The translations under genes and the position numbers were made by a program. From a bacterium (GTDB lineage Bacteria > Actinomycetota > Acidimicrobiia > Acidimicrobiales > Bin134), in NCBI GenBank assembly GCA_026705465.1, contig JAPPAP010000023.1, forward strand, positions 22,036 through 86,035: a stretch of DNA of 64,000 bases, given 5' to 3'. Below the pieces are notes generated by a model. It saw only the letters and a program-made list of their open reading frames with translations. It searched no databases and was not told where the DNA came from. Positions 55,798 to 64,000 of the stretch are shown piece by piece (the first letter of the stretch is position 1; each line of letters begins with the position of its first letter).

Positions 55798-58269
55798 ATG
55801 GCGGAAGCCATCACCGTTTCAGCCGCAGTGAGCGGCGCGGAAAGCAAAACCCTGTCCTTTGAGACAGGTCGTCTGGCCGGACAGGCCGACGGCGCGGTTG
55901 TGGCCCGGATGGGCGACACCACCATCTTGGTGACCGCGACCGCGGCCCGTCGCGTCCGGGAGGGAGCGGACTTCTTCCCGCTCACCGTTGACATCGAAGA
56001 GCGGATGTATGCCGCGGGCAAGATCCCCGGCTCGTTCTTCCGGCGGGAAGGTCGGGCGCCCGAGTCGGCCATTTTGACGTGTCGCCTGATCGATCGGCCC
56101 CTGCGGCCCTCGTTTCCCGATGGGTTCCGCAATGAGATCCATATCGTCGGCACTGTCTTGGGCGCCGATCAGGAGAACCCCTACGACGTGATTGCCATCA
56201 ACGGGGCATCGGCCGCACTGAGCATTTCAGGCATTCCGTTCGCTGGCCCGATTGGCGCGGTGCGAGTAGCCCACAGTGCCGACGGGGAGTGGATTCCCCA
56301 TCCCACCTATGCCGAGGGCGCCGAATCCACGTTCGAGATGGTGGTGGCCGGACGGGTTCTAGACGATGGCGACGTGGCCATCATGATGGTGGAGGCCAAC
56401 GGCACCGAGGCAGGCTGGGAGCTCTACAGCAACGGCGCCCCCAAAGTTGACGAGGCTGCCCTTGCCGAGGGATTGGAGCGGTCCAAGGAGTGGATCAAAG
56501 AAGCGGTGGGCCTCCAGCGCCGCCTGATCGCAACAGCAGGGGTAAAGCCTCCCATGGAATACGAACTCCAGGTGGACTACACCCCCGAGATCGAAGCGGC
56601 GGTGGCCGAGGCCGGCACTGAGAAACTGGCCGCGGCCATGTCGATTGCCGATAAAGCCGATCGCCAGGAGGCCGAGACGCAGGCCAAAGAGGAGATTGCC
56701 GAGGCGTTGGCCGACCGGTTTACCGAGGTCGAAGGGGCGGACAAGCAGATCTCAGCCGCAGTTCGCTCACTCACCAAGAGCATCGTTCGCAATCGCATTG
56801 TGAACGAAGGCGTCCGGATCGACGGTCGGGGAACGGCCGATCTCCGGCCACTCGGCTCGGAAGTTGGGGTTGTGGAGACCGCCCATGGTTCCGGGTTGTT
56901 CGAGCGGGGCGAAACCCAAGTGCTGAACATCACCACTTTGGGCACAGCCCGCATGGATCAGATGATCGACGGGATTGATCCCATCGACAAGAAGCGCTAC
57001 ATCCACCACTACAACTTCCCTCCGTACTCCACGGGCGAGACCGGCTTCATGCGGGGCCCGAAGCGGCGGGAGATCGGACATGGGGCTTTGGCCGAGAAGG
57101 CTCTGGTTCCGGTGATCCCCAGCATGGACGACTTCCCCTACACGCTGCGTTTGGTATCGGAGGTGCTCTCGTCCAATGGTTCTACCTCGATGGGCTCGGT
57201 GTGCTCGTCCACGCTGTCGCTCATGGATGCCGGTGTGCCCATCAAGGCGCCGGTGGCCGGCATTGCCATGGGGCTGGTATTCCACGAGGGTCGCTACACC
57301 ACGCTTACCGACATCTTGGGCGCTGAGGATGCCTTCGGCGACATGGACTTCAAGGTGGCGGGCACCGCCGACTTCGTAACCGCCTTGCAGCTCGACACCA
57401 AGATCGACGGCCTGCCCGCAGATGTATTGGCTGGTGCGCTGGATCAGGCTCGGAATGCCCGCATGGAGATCTTGGAGGTCATGGCCGGGGCTATTGACGC
57501 CCCTCGGGATGACGTTCGTCCCACCGCCCCCAAGATCATCAAGTTCGAGATCCCACTGGACAAGATCGGCGAGGTCATCGGGCCCAAGGGCAAGGTCATC
57601 AACTCCATCCAGGCTGAGACCGGGGCCGAGGTCAATGTCGACGATGCCCAGGACTCGGGCATTGTCACCATTTCTTCCCCCGATCGGGACTGTGTCAACG
57701 AGGCCGAGCGCCAGATCCGCTTGATTCTGGACCCGCCGACCGCTGAAGTGGGGGAGGTCTACAACGGCAAGGTGGTGAACATCACCGCTTTCGGGGCGTT
57801 CGTGAACATCCTTCCCGGTCGCGACGGCTTGGTCCATATCTCCAAGCTCGGTCGAGGCCGCCGTGTGGAGCGGGTAGAGGATGTAGTGGCTCTGGGCGAT
57901 GACCTCGAGGTTGTCGTTGAGGACATCGATCCCAACGGCAAGATCAGCCTCAAGCTGTCCGGCGACGATAGCGGCGACGACCGCGATGCTGGTGCCCGCT
58001 CTGATGATCGGGGTGGCCGGGATCGCGACGACCGCCGGGGTCGTCGGGATGACCGAAGGGATGATCGCCGGGACCGTGGGGACCGTCGTGACAACCGTCG
58101 CTCTGATGATCGGGGTGGCCGGGACTGGGAGGGCCCAGCTCAAGCAGCTTCATTCGAAGACGACTTCGAGTCTCAGCTGCGCGACGAGTTCGGTGACCTC
58201 GGACCAGGTGGAGGCTCGCATCGTCGAGGTGGCGGCCGGGGCCGCGACAGGGATCGAGCACCGCGCTAA
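55798..58269 (+). CDS. pnp: polyribonucleotide nucleotidyltransferase (PNPase) with an Arg/Asp-rich C-terminal tail of about 100 aa
   Basis: 'FETGRLAGQADGAV', two RNase PH domains, KH 'IGEVIGPKGKVIN', S1 'GKVVNITAFGAFVNILPGRDGLVHIS'. ATG 55798 follows GGAGAGGAG. Confidence 0.95.
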   Translation: MAEAITVSAAVSGAESKTLSFETGRLAGQADGAVVARMGDTTILVTATAARRVREGADFFPLTVDIEERMYAAGKIPGSFFRREGRAPESAILTCRLIDRPLRPSFPDGFRNEIHIVGTVLGADQENPYDVIAINGASAALSISGIPFAGPIGAVRVAHSADGEWIPHPTYAEGAESTFEMVVAGRVLDDGDVAIMMVEANGTEAGWELYSNGAPKVDEAALAEGLERSKEWIKEAVGLQRRLIATAGVKPPMEYELQVDYTPEIEAAVAEAGTEKLAAAMSIADKADRQEAETQAKEEIAEALADRFTEVEGADKQISAAVRSLTKSIVRNRIVNEGVRIDGRGTADLRPLGSEVGVVETAHGSGLFERGETQVLNITTLGTARMDQMIDGIDPIDKKRYIHHYNFPPYSTGETGFMRGPKRREIGHGALAEKALVPVIPSMDDFPYTLRLVSEVLSSNGSTSMGSVCSSTLSLMDAGVPIKAPVAGIAMGLVFHEGRYTTLTDILGAEDAFGDMDFKVAGTADFVTALQLDTKIDGLPADVLAGALDQARNARMEILEVMAGAIDAPRDDVRPTAPKIIKFEIPLDKIGEVIGPKGKVINSIQAETGAEVNVDDAQDSGIVTISSPDRDCVNEAERQIRLILDPPTAEVGEVYNGKVVNITAFGAFVNILPGRDGLVHISKLGRGRRVERVEDVVALGDDLEVVVEDIDPNGKISLKLSGDDSGDDRDAGARSDDRGGRDRDDRRGRRDDRRDDRRDRGDRRDNRRSDDRGGRDWEGPAQAASFEDDFESQLRDEFGDLGPGGGSHRRGGGRGRDRDRAPR

Positions 58270-58396
58270 CCCTGCTTCCTGCTTCATATCCGAGCCCGAT
58301 ATTCAGCGCCTCGCCCGATATCGTCTGATTCATGCTTCACCGTCTCGTTCACACTTTGAGTGAGTGTGTTAGGTGCAGGGGAAGAATGGGTGATTC

Positions 58397-59167
58397 ATGC
58401 TTCGAGTAGGGGTGTTCGGCGCGGGGGGAAGAATGGGTGCCACCGTCTGCGAAGCGGTGGCGGCTGACCCTGATCTGGACTTGGTGGCCGCGGTGGACCC
58501 CAACCGGGTGGGAGTAACCGCAGGCGGGATGGCCACCGTTGCCGATCGACTGGCGGTGGCTGATGCCAAAGCCGATGTCGTGGTGGATTTCACTATTGCC
58601 GAGGCAGCTCGAGAAAACCTGATTTGGCTGGCTGACCAGCACATTCACGCCGTGGTGGGAACTACCGGATTTACCGACAACGACCTTGAGCGATTGCAAA
58701 CTGCGTTCGCTGCTGCCGACCGGGCCTGCATCATCGCTCCGAATTTCGCCATCAGCGCCGTGTTGATGATGCGGTTTGCCGAGCTAGCCGCGCCCTATTT
58801 CGACACTGCTGAAGTGATTGAACTGCACCATGACGCCAAGATCGATGCTCCGTCGGGAACCGCCCGGCTGACGGTGGAGAAGATGGCGGCCGCGTCAGGC
58901 AACTGGGCACCCGATCCCACTGAACACGAGATGTTGCCCGGGGTCCGGGGGGCAGAGGGTCCTACCGGCATCCGGGTACATGCGGTGCGGATGAGAGGGA
59001 TGGTCGCCCATCACGAGGTGATCTTGGGCGCCGAAGGTCAAACCCTCACGATACGCCAGGATTCCACTGATCGGTCATCGTTCATGCCCGGCGTTTTGGC
59101 GGCGGTGAAGGCCGCTCCTGATCGCTCCGGACTCATCGTCGGCCTCGACGCTCTACTGGATATCTAG
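58397..59167 (+). CDS. dapB: 4-hydroxy-tetrahydrodipicolinate reductase
   Basis: 'VGVFGAGGRMG', 'VVGTTGF', 'APNFAISAVLM', 'ELHHDAKIDAPSGTA'. Confidence 0.9.
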   Translation: MLRVGVFGAGGRMGATVCEAVAADPDLDLVAAVDPNRVGVTAGGMATVADRLAVADAKADVVVDFTIAEAARENLIWLADQHIHAVVGTTGFTDNDLERLQTAFAAADRACIIAPNFAISAVLMMRFAELAAPYFDTAEVIELHHDAKIDAPSGTARLTVEKMAAASGNWAPDPTEHEMLPGVRGAEGPTGIRVHAVRMRGMVAHHEVILGAEGQTLTIRQDSTDRSSFMPGVLAAVKAAPDRSGLIVGLDALLDI

Positions 59168-59171
59168 TGGT

Positions 59172-59927
59172 GTGTCGCTCCGGCGCCTGTTGCTGAATAT
59201 CACGGTGCTCCTAGCAGTGGCAGCCATGGTCACTGCTGGGTTCTGGCAACTCCACCGGCTGTCCGAGCGCCGAGATCACAACAGCACCATCACCAGCCGC
59301 AGCCAACTTCCTGCTGTCGATGTGCAATCCCTGGTGGGCATCGATGATGGCTACGACGTGGGGGGCGATGTCGAGTTCCGGTCAGTGCGGGCTATTGGCA
59401 TCTACCAGCCCGAAGACCAGGTCCTGATCCGCAACCGGACCTACCAGGGTTCTCCCGGATTTTGGGTTCTCACCCCGTTGCGGCTCCGAACCGGGGAAGC
59501 CGTCGCGGTCAACCGGGGCTGGATCCCTCACGGGGCGGGCACCGGCGCATCCCCGGCCGATTTTGCCCCCGCCTCTGACCAGGTGGAAGTGGTCGGGCTT
59601 GTTCGGGCCACCGTTACCGCCACTGGATTTCAGCAGTCCGACCCGTCTGGCGGACTGCTGGCTGAGATGGCCCGTCCTGATCTGGACCGCTTGTCGCAAC
59701 AGCTCGACACCGATCTCCTCCCTGTGTATGTGCAACTCCACACTCAGTCGCCGTCTGCTGGTGAACTTCCCATTCCCGTGCCCTCACCCGACTTGGGGGA
59801 GGGGTCGCATTTGGCTTACGCCGTCCAGTGGTTCATTTTCGCCACCGTTGCCCTCGTGGGTTACCCGCTCATCTTGCGCCGCTTGGGCCGACCCGGAGAT
59901 CGGGATCGAATGGTGGAAGTAGGCTGA
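59172..59927 (+). CDS. SURF1-family cytochrome oxidase assembly protein
   Basis: N-terminal TM 'ITVLLAVAAMVTAGFWQLHRL', 'VNRGWIP', C-terminal 'HLAYAVQWFIFATVALVGY'. Confidence 0.8.
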   Translation: MSLRRLLLNITVLLAVAAMVTAGFWQLHRLSERRDHNSTITSRSQLPAVDVQSLVGIDDGYDVGGDVEFRSVRAIGIYQPEDQVLIRNRTYQGSPGFWVLTPLRLRTGEAVAVNRGWIPHGAGTGASPADFAPASDQVEVVGLVRATVTATGFQQSDPSGGLLAEMARPDLDRLSQQLDTDLLPVYVQLHTQSPSAGELPIPVPSPDLGEGSHLAYAVQWFIFATVALVGYPLILRRLGRPGDRDRMVEVG

Positions 59928-59931
59928 TCTG

Positions 59932-60576
59932 GTGCCTCACTCCTCTCGTGATCTTTGTCGCGCGCTGCACGCACTGCGTACCAAGGGAATGGCCGGCGTC
60001 GACGCAATAGCCCAGGCAGCAGGCCTGTCGTCGGAAGAAGCTGCCTCCGTCCTGGACGAATTGGGCGAGCAAGGATGGGTGCGTTATCGGGACGGCAAAC
60101 GGGCCCAGGGTTGGATGCTGCTGGGCGAGGGACGGGCCGAGGCCGAGCGTTTGGTGGCCGCTGAGATCGATGAATCAGGTCTGCGACCGATGGTTCTGGA
60201 TCTCTACCAGTCGTTCAAGGTGCTGGATCCGGAGCTGAAGGCAGTTTGCACTGACTTCCAAGTCAAGGGGGATCAGGAGCTGAACGACCACACCGATCCG
60301 GACTACGACGCCGCGGTAATCGCCCGCTTGGCGGACATCAACCGGCGTGTCCAACCGATTCTGATTCGATTGGCCGAGGCATTGGACCGCTTCGGCCACT
60401 ACGGGCCGCGGCTTGAGCACGCGCTGGATCAGGTGTCGGGCGGCGACCTTAACTGGTTTACGAAGCCCTCTTTAGATTCCTACCATGAGGTGTGGTTCGA
60501 GCTGCACGAGGATCTCTTGGTGACACTGGGGATCGATCGGGCAACCGAGCTGTCTACTGGTTCCGCTGAGGCGTAA
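59932..60576 (+). CDS. hypothetical protein with winged-helix-like N-terminus and uncharacterised C-terminal domain
   Basis: 'GVDAIAQAAGLSSEEAASVLDELGEQGWVRYRDG' looks like a wHTH. The remainder ('NWFTKPSLDSYHEVWFELHEDLL') is not recognised. Start uncertain (GTG 59932 or ATG 59989). Confidence 0.5.
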   Translation: MPHSSRDLCRALHALRTKGMAGVDAIAQAAGLSSEEAASVLDELGEQGWVRYRDGKRAQGWMLLGEGRAEAERLVAAEIDESGLRPMVLDLYQSFKVLDPELKAVCTDFQVKGDQELNDHTDPDYDAAVIARLADINRRVQPILIRLAEALDRFGHYGPRLEHALDQVSGGDLNWFTKPSLDSYHEVWFELHEDLLVTLGIDRATELSTGSAEA

Positions 60577-60585
60577 GGAGATCCC

Positions 60586-61479
60586 ATGGCCCGATTCGGC
60601 AAGGTGCTAACCGCCATGGTCACGCCATTCCGAGAAGATGGCTCGCTTGATTTGGACACTGCTGCCTTGCTGGCCAGATGGCTGACCGACAACGGAAGCG
60701 ATGGATTGGTGGTCGCGGGGACTACGGGCGAGGCACCGACATTGACCCATGATGAGCAGATTGATCTCATCTGTGCGGTCGTCTCGGCGGTAGATGTCCC
60801 TGTGGTGGCGGGAGCGGGCAGCAACGATACTGCGGCGGCCGTCGAGCTCACCGAACGGGCCACAGAGGCTGGCGCCAAGGGCATTCTGTCGGTGGCCCCG
60901 TATTACAACCGCCCCTCGCAAGCAGGTATGGCCAAGCATTTCTCAGCCGTGGCTGGAGCCACTGACCTCCCCGTGCTCATCTATGACATTCCTGTCCGTA
61001 CCGGGCGAAAGGTGGACACGGCCACGCTTTTGGAGTTGGCCCATGGCGTGGCCAACATGATCGGCATCAAGGACGCGGCCGGTGACCCTGCCGAGACCGC
61101 GAAGCTCATCACCCAAGCCCCCGATGACTTCGAGGTGTATAGCGGCGATGACAGCCTCACCCTGCCGCTACTCGCCATCGGGGCGGTGGGAGTGATCGGA
61201 GTGGCCACTCATTGGACCGGCGCCGAGCATGCCGACATGATTGCAGCCTTCGAGAAGGGCGACGTTGCTGCTGCCCGCCAGATCAACGCCAACCTTCAGC
61301 CATCCTTCGACTACGAAACGGGGTTGACCGCGCCGAATCCCATCCCGGCCAAGGCCATGATGCGGCATATCGGGATTCCGGTCGGCCATTGCCGCCCCCC
61401 GCTGGATGTTGAGCCCGATGGCCTGGCTGAGGCTGCCGCCGCCGTGCTGGCCGGCACGCGACTCGGTACCAATAGCTGA
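60586..61479 (+). CDS. dapA: 4-hydroxy-tetrahydrodipicolinate synthase
   Basis: 'TAMVTPF', 'VVAGTTGEAPTL', 'PYYNRP', 'IYDIPVRTG', 'IGIKDA' (catalytic Lys). Confidence 0.95.
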   Translation: MARFGKVLTAMVTPFREDGSLDLDTAALLARWLTDNGSDGLVVAGTTGEAPTLTHDEQIDLICAVVSAVDVPVVAGAGSNDTAAAVELTERATEAGAKGILSVAPYYNRPSQAGMAKHFSAVAGATDLPVLIYDIPVRTGRKVDTATLLELAHGVANMIGIKDAAGDPAETAKLITQAPDDFEVYSGDDSLTLPLLAIGAVGVIGVATHWTGAEHADMIAAFEKGDVAAARQINANLQPSFDYETGLTAPNPIPAKAMMRHIGIPVGHCRPPLDVEPDGLAEAAAAVLAGTRLGTNS

Positions 61480-61508
61480 TTCAGCAGGCACTTTGAGGAT
61501 TCGCGCCC

Positions 61509-63167
61509 ATGGCTGACCCGGTCCAGATCACATTCCTGGGGGGATTGGGTGACATCGGCAGGAACTGCGCGGCCATTGAGTGCCGGGGCGAGGTTCTTCT
61601 CTTGGATTGCGGAATCTTGTTTCCCGATGAGGACATGCCCGGCGCTGAATTCGTGCTCCCTGACTTGGAGTACCTGCGCGATCGGTCTGATCGCATCGTG
61701 GGCTGCATCTGCACCCACGGCCATGAGGATCACATCGGCTCGCTGTCCCATGCGCTGGAATGGCTGTCGTTTCCGATTTTTGCCTCGCCCTTCACCTTGG
61801 GCTTGATCCGCAACCGCCTCGAGGAGCGGGGTGTAGTTGACCGCACCACCCTCATTCCCATCGGCGATCACGATCGGGTCCGTATCGGGTCGTTCGACTG
61901 CGAGTTCATCCCCGTCACCCACTCGGTTCCCTCGGGGTTGATTTCGGCCATCCGCACCTCCCAGGGGGTCGTCTTGCACTCCAGCGACTTCAAACTGGAC
62001 TTGAACCCGGTGGACGGTCGACGCACGGACCTGGCTCGGATCGGGGCCATTTCTCGAACCGACGGAGTACGGCTGCTGCTGTGCGATTCCACCAACTCCG
62101 AGATTCCCGGAAGCTCCCGGTCGGAAACGGAGGTGGGAGAGGTGCTTCGAGGGGTTTTCGCCGCCCATCCCGGCCGACGCTTGGTGGTGGCTGCCTTCTC
62201 CAGCCACGTTCACCGGGTCCAGCAGGTGGTGGATGCCGCCCTGGAGTCGGGACGCAAGGTGGCCACGCTGGGGCTGTCCATGAAGCGCAACTTTGCCCTG
62301 GCCCGGGAGCTGGGCTTGCTCCGGTTGCCTGACCATGCGGTAATCGATTTGTCGGAGACGGACCACTATTCCCCCAGAGAGGTCTGCGTGGTGGCCACCG
62401 GCTCTCAGGGGGAGACCCGCTCGGCGCTGGCCATGGCCGCCACCGGGGACAGCCGTTGGATCGACATCGGATCCGACGACACCGTGGTGCTGAGTTCGAC
62501 CCCCATCCCCGGCAACGAAGCCCGGGTGGCTCGGATGATCAACAACCTGGTAGATCGGGGAGCCGAAGTGGTCCATAGTGGGCAACTCGACGTCCATACC
62601 ACCGGCCACGGCAAACAGGATGAGCTCCGCACCCTGCACACGGTGGCCGACCCTGAGTTCTTTGTGCCCGTTCACGGGGAGCTCCGCCATCTTGTTGCCC
62701 ACGCCGATCTGGCGATGGAAATGGGCATGCCATCGGATCGAGTGGTCCTGGCTCGTGACGGCGAGCAGATCGAGTTGAGCGACAGTGGTCTGGCCAATCG
62801 GGGAAAGGTCACATCGGGGGACTACTACTTCGTGAATGGACGGTTGATCGAGAACGGCCGGGAGCTGTTCGGCGAGCGGTCCATCCTCGGGGGCCAGGGA
62901 GTAGTCAACGTGGTGGTTGTGGTGAATCGCGCGAAGGGTCGTTTGCTGGCTCAGCCCCGGTTTGAGAGCAAGGGCTGGGTAGGAGCCGAGACGGCGAAGG
63001 ATCTGGAATCGCTGGGTGCCGACGAGGTGGCGGCCGCGGTTGAGGAGTACCTGACCTCAGAGGAAGACGATGACTTGGAACGTCTAGTGCGCCGGACCGC
63101 AGGGCAGTTCATAAACCACAACACCGGACGCCGCCCGATGATCGTCCCCGTCATTATCGAGCTCTAA
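61509..63167 (+). CDS. rnj: ribonuclease J
   Basis: 'THGHEDHIG' metallo-beta-lactamase motif, beta-CASP region, 'HTTGHG', 'FVPVHGE'. Confidence 0.9.
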   Translation: MADPVQITFLGGLGDIGRNCAAIECRGEVLLLDCGILFPDEDMPGAEFVLPDLEYLRDRSDRIVGCICTHGHEDHIGSLSHALEWLSFPIFASPFTLGLIRNRLEERGVVDRTTLIPIGDHDRVRIGSFDCEFIPVTHSVPSGLISAIRTSQGVVLHSSDFKLDLNPVDGRRTDLARIGAISRTDGVRLLLCDSTNSEIPGSSRSETEVGEVLRGVFAAHPGRRLVVAAFSSHVHRVQQVVDAALESGRKVATLGLSMKRNFALARELGLLRLPDHAVIDLSETDHYSPREVCVVATGSQGETRSALAMAATGDSRWIDIGSDDTVVLSSTPIPGNEARVARMINNLVDRGAEVVHSGQLDVHTTGHGKQDELRTLHTVADPEFFVPVHGELRHLVAHADLAMEMGMPSDRVVLARDGEQIELSDSGLANRGKVTSGDYYFVNGRLIENGRELFGERSILGGQGVVNVVVVVNRAKGRLLAQPRFESKGWVGAETAKDLESLGADEVAAAVEEYLTSEEDDDLERLVRRTAGQFINHNTGRRPMIVPVIIEL

Positions 63168-63241
63168 ACCAATCTGCCCCGACCCGGGCAAATTACAAAC
63201 TATTGGTTACTGGTGTTGTCAATGGTACGTTTGTTGTTGTT

Positions 63242-64000
63242 GTGGCTACGAAAACCGCTCGCAAACCCCCCGCGAAGCCCAGCGCAAAGTCCAAATCCAA
63301 AGCCGGTGCCTCTCCCGATAGTCGGTTGAAGCAGGCCGTGGCCGCGGTTTGGGCCCGACATCGCGCCGATATCATCGCCGTGGGCTTCATCCTCGCCGGC
63401 TTGGTGGCGGCATGCAGTCTCTGGGCCGATGTAGCTGGGCCGTTTGGCTCGGGGCTCAGAGTCGTCCTCGGTGCGCTGATCGGCACCGCGAGGGCCGCGG
63501 TCCCCATCGTGCTGGTTGCCATCGGGATCGTGCTGCTCCGGGGCCCCCGCCCCGAAGAGGAGTTGCAGGAGAGCACTCCAGGTGCATTCGACAAGAACCC
63601 CTATACCGATCCGGCTCGGGCTGATCTGGTGTTGGCCGTTCGCCTCGGCATCGGAACCGCATTGACGCTCCTGTCGGTGACAGGCCTGCTGCATATCGCA
63701 ATCGACCGGCCGGGTATCGAAGACCTGGATGGGTTGATGGGGGCGGGCGGGGCACTGGGCCTCGTCTTCGGGGGCACGCTGGCCGCGGTGATGGGTGTCT
63801 GGGGAGCAAGCCTGGTGGTGGGCGCGTTCGGGCTATTGGGGTCGGTCGTGCTCACTCGGGTGTCGTTGCGGGCATGGGCTCGCAAGATGGACGGCGCCAA
63901 ACTCAAGGCTGCTCTTGCCCAGTTCCTCGATTTGTTGACCGGCGCTGCGCCGGTACCACAAACGTCCGAACCACTGGCCGACGATCGCCAAGAAGCTGAG
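63242..64000 (+). CDS. ftsK: DNA translocase FtsK, N-terminal membrane domain (3' end outside window; absent from the ORF track because no stop is reached)
   Basis: Hand translation from GTG 63242 gives 'VATKTARKPPAKPSAKSKSKAG...WARHRADIIAVGFILAGLVAACSLW...GALIGTARAAVPIVLVAIGIVLL...GALGLVFGGTLAAVMGVWGASLVVGAFGLL'. This is a basic tail plus four TM helices, open to base 64000, located after rnj as in actinobacteria. Confidence 0.75.
   Translation, partial: MATKTARKPPAKPSAKSKSKAGASPDSRLKQAVAAVWARHRADIIAVGFILAGLVAACSLWADVAGPFGSGLRVVLGALIGTARAAVPIVLVAIGIVLLRGPRPEEELQESTPGAFDKNPYTDPARADLVLAVRLGIGTALTLLSVTGLLHIAIDRPGIEDLDGLMGAGGALGLVFGGTLAAVMGVWGASLVVGAFGLLGSVVLTRVSLRAWARKMDGAKLKAALAQFLDLLTGAAPVPQTSEPLADDRQEAE

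Noticed and set aside
63230-63244. (TTG)4 microsatellite immediately upstream of the ftsK start as a phase-variation switch
   Set aside because: Only four units. It lies upstream of the preferred GTG 63242 start (it would be in-frame coding if TTG 63203 is used), and essential ftsK is an unlikely phase-variable gene. Noted only as part of an AT-richer promoter region.

Overview
High-GC window (low 60s % by eye, not computed). It looks like a conserved chromosomal core region of an Actinomycetota-type genome. Gene order follows the classic actinobacterial string: recG, rsmD-coaD, yceD-rpmF-plsX-acpP-rnc-fpg-smc-ftsY-ffh-rpsP-KH-rimM-trmD-rplS, yraN-comM-dprA-xerC, rpsB-tsf-pyrH-frr-cdsA-dxr-rseP-ispG-proS, rimP-nusA-infB-rbfA-truB-ribF, rpsO-pnp, dapB, dapA-rnj-ftsK. 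An Acidimicrobiia-like lineage is a guess, based on the archaeal-type ProRS and a monoheme cytochrome c. About 43 kb (10093-53792) runs on the + strand without interruption and has many 4-bp stop/start overlaps. I see no rRNA, tRNA, CRISPR array, transposase, prophage or recognisable defence system, and I could not find a clearly novel multi-gene system. What stands out is smaller in scale. (1) An Fpg/MutM-family gene has its catalytic Pro2/Glu3 and other key residues replaced. (2) Perfect in-frame tandem DNA repeats encode low-complexity tails on S16, S2, IF-2, NusA, CdsA and PNPase. (3) Short direct duplications sit exactly on gene boundaries (plsX/acpP, rimM/trmD, comM/dprA, M23/rpsB, upstream of dapB). 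(4) rnc has no canonical start codon. (5) A degenerate cold-shock-like mini-gene is coupled to pckA. (6) Several small accessory insertions carry uncharacterised proteins: 5112-7012, 52683-55216 and 59932-60576. Many long antisense ORFs in the track are high-GC shadow ORFs and were not called. Several start codons were re-picked by eye from conserved N-termini and RBS-like purine runs, so treat them as approximate.
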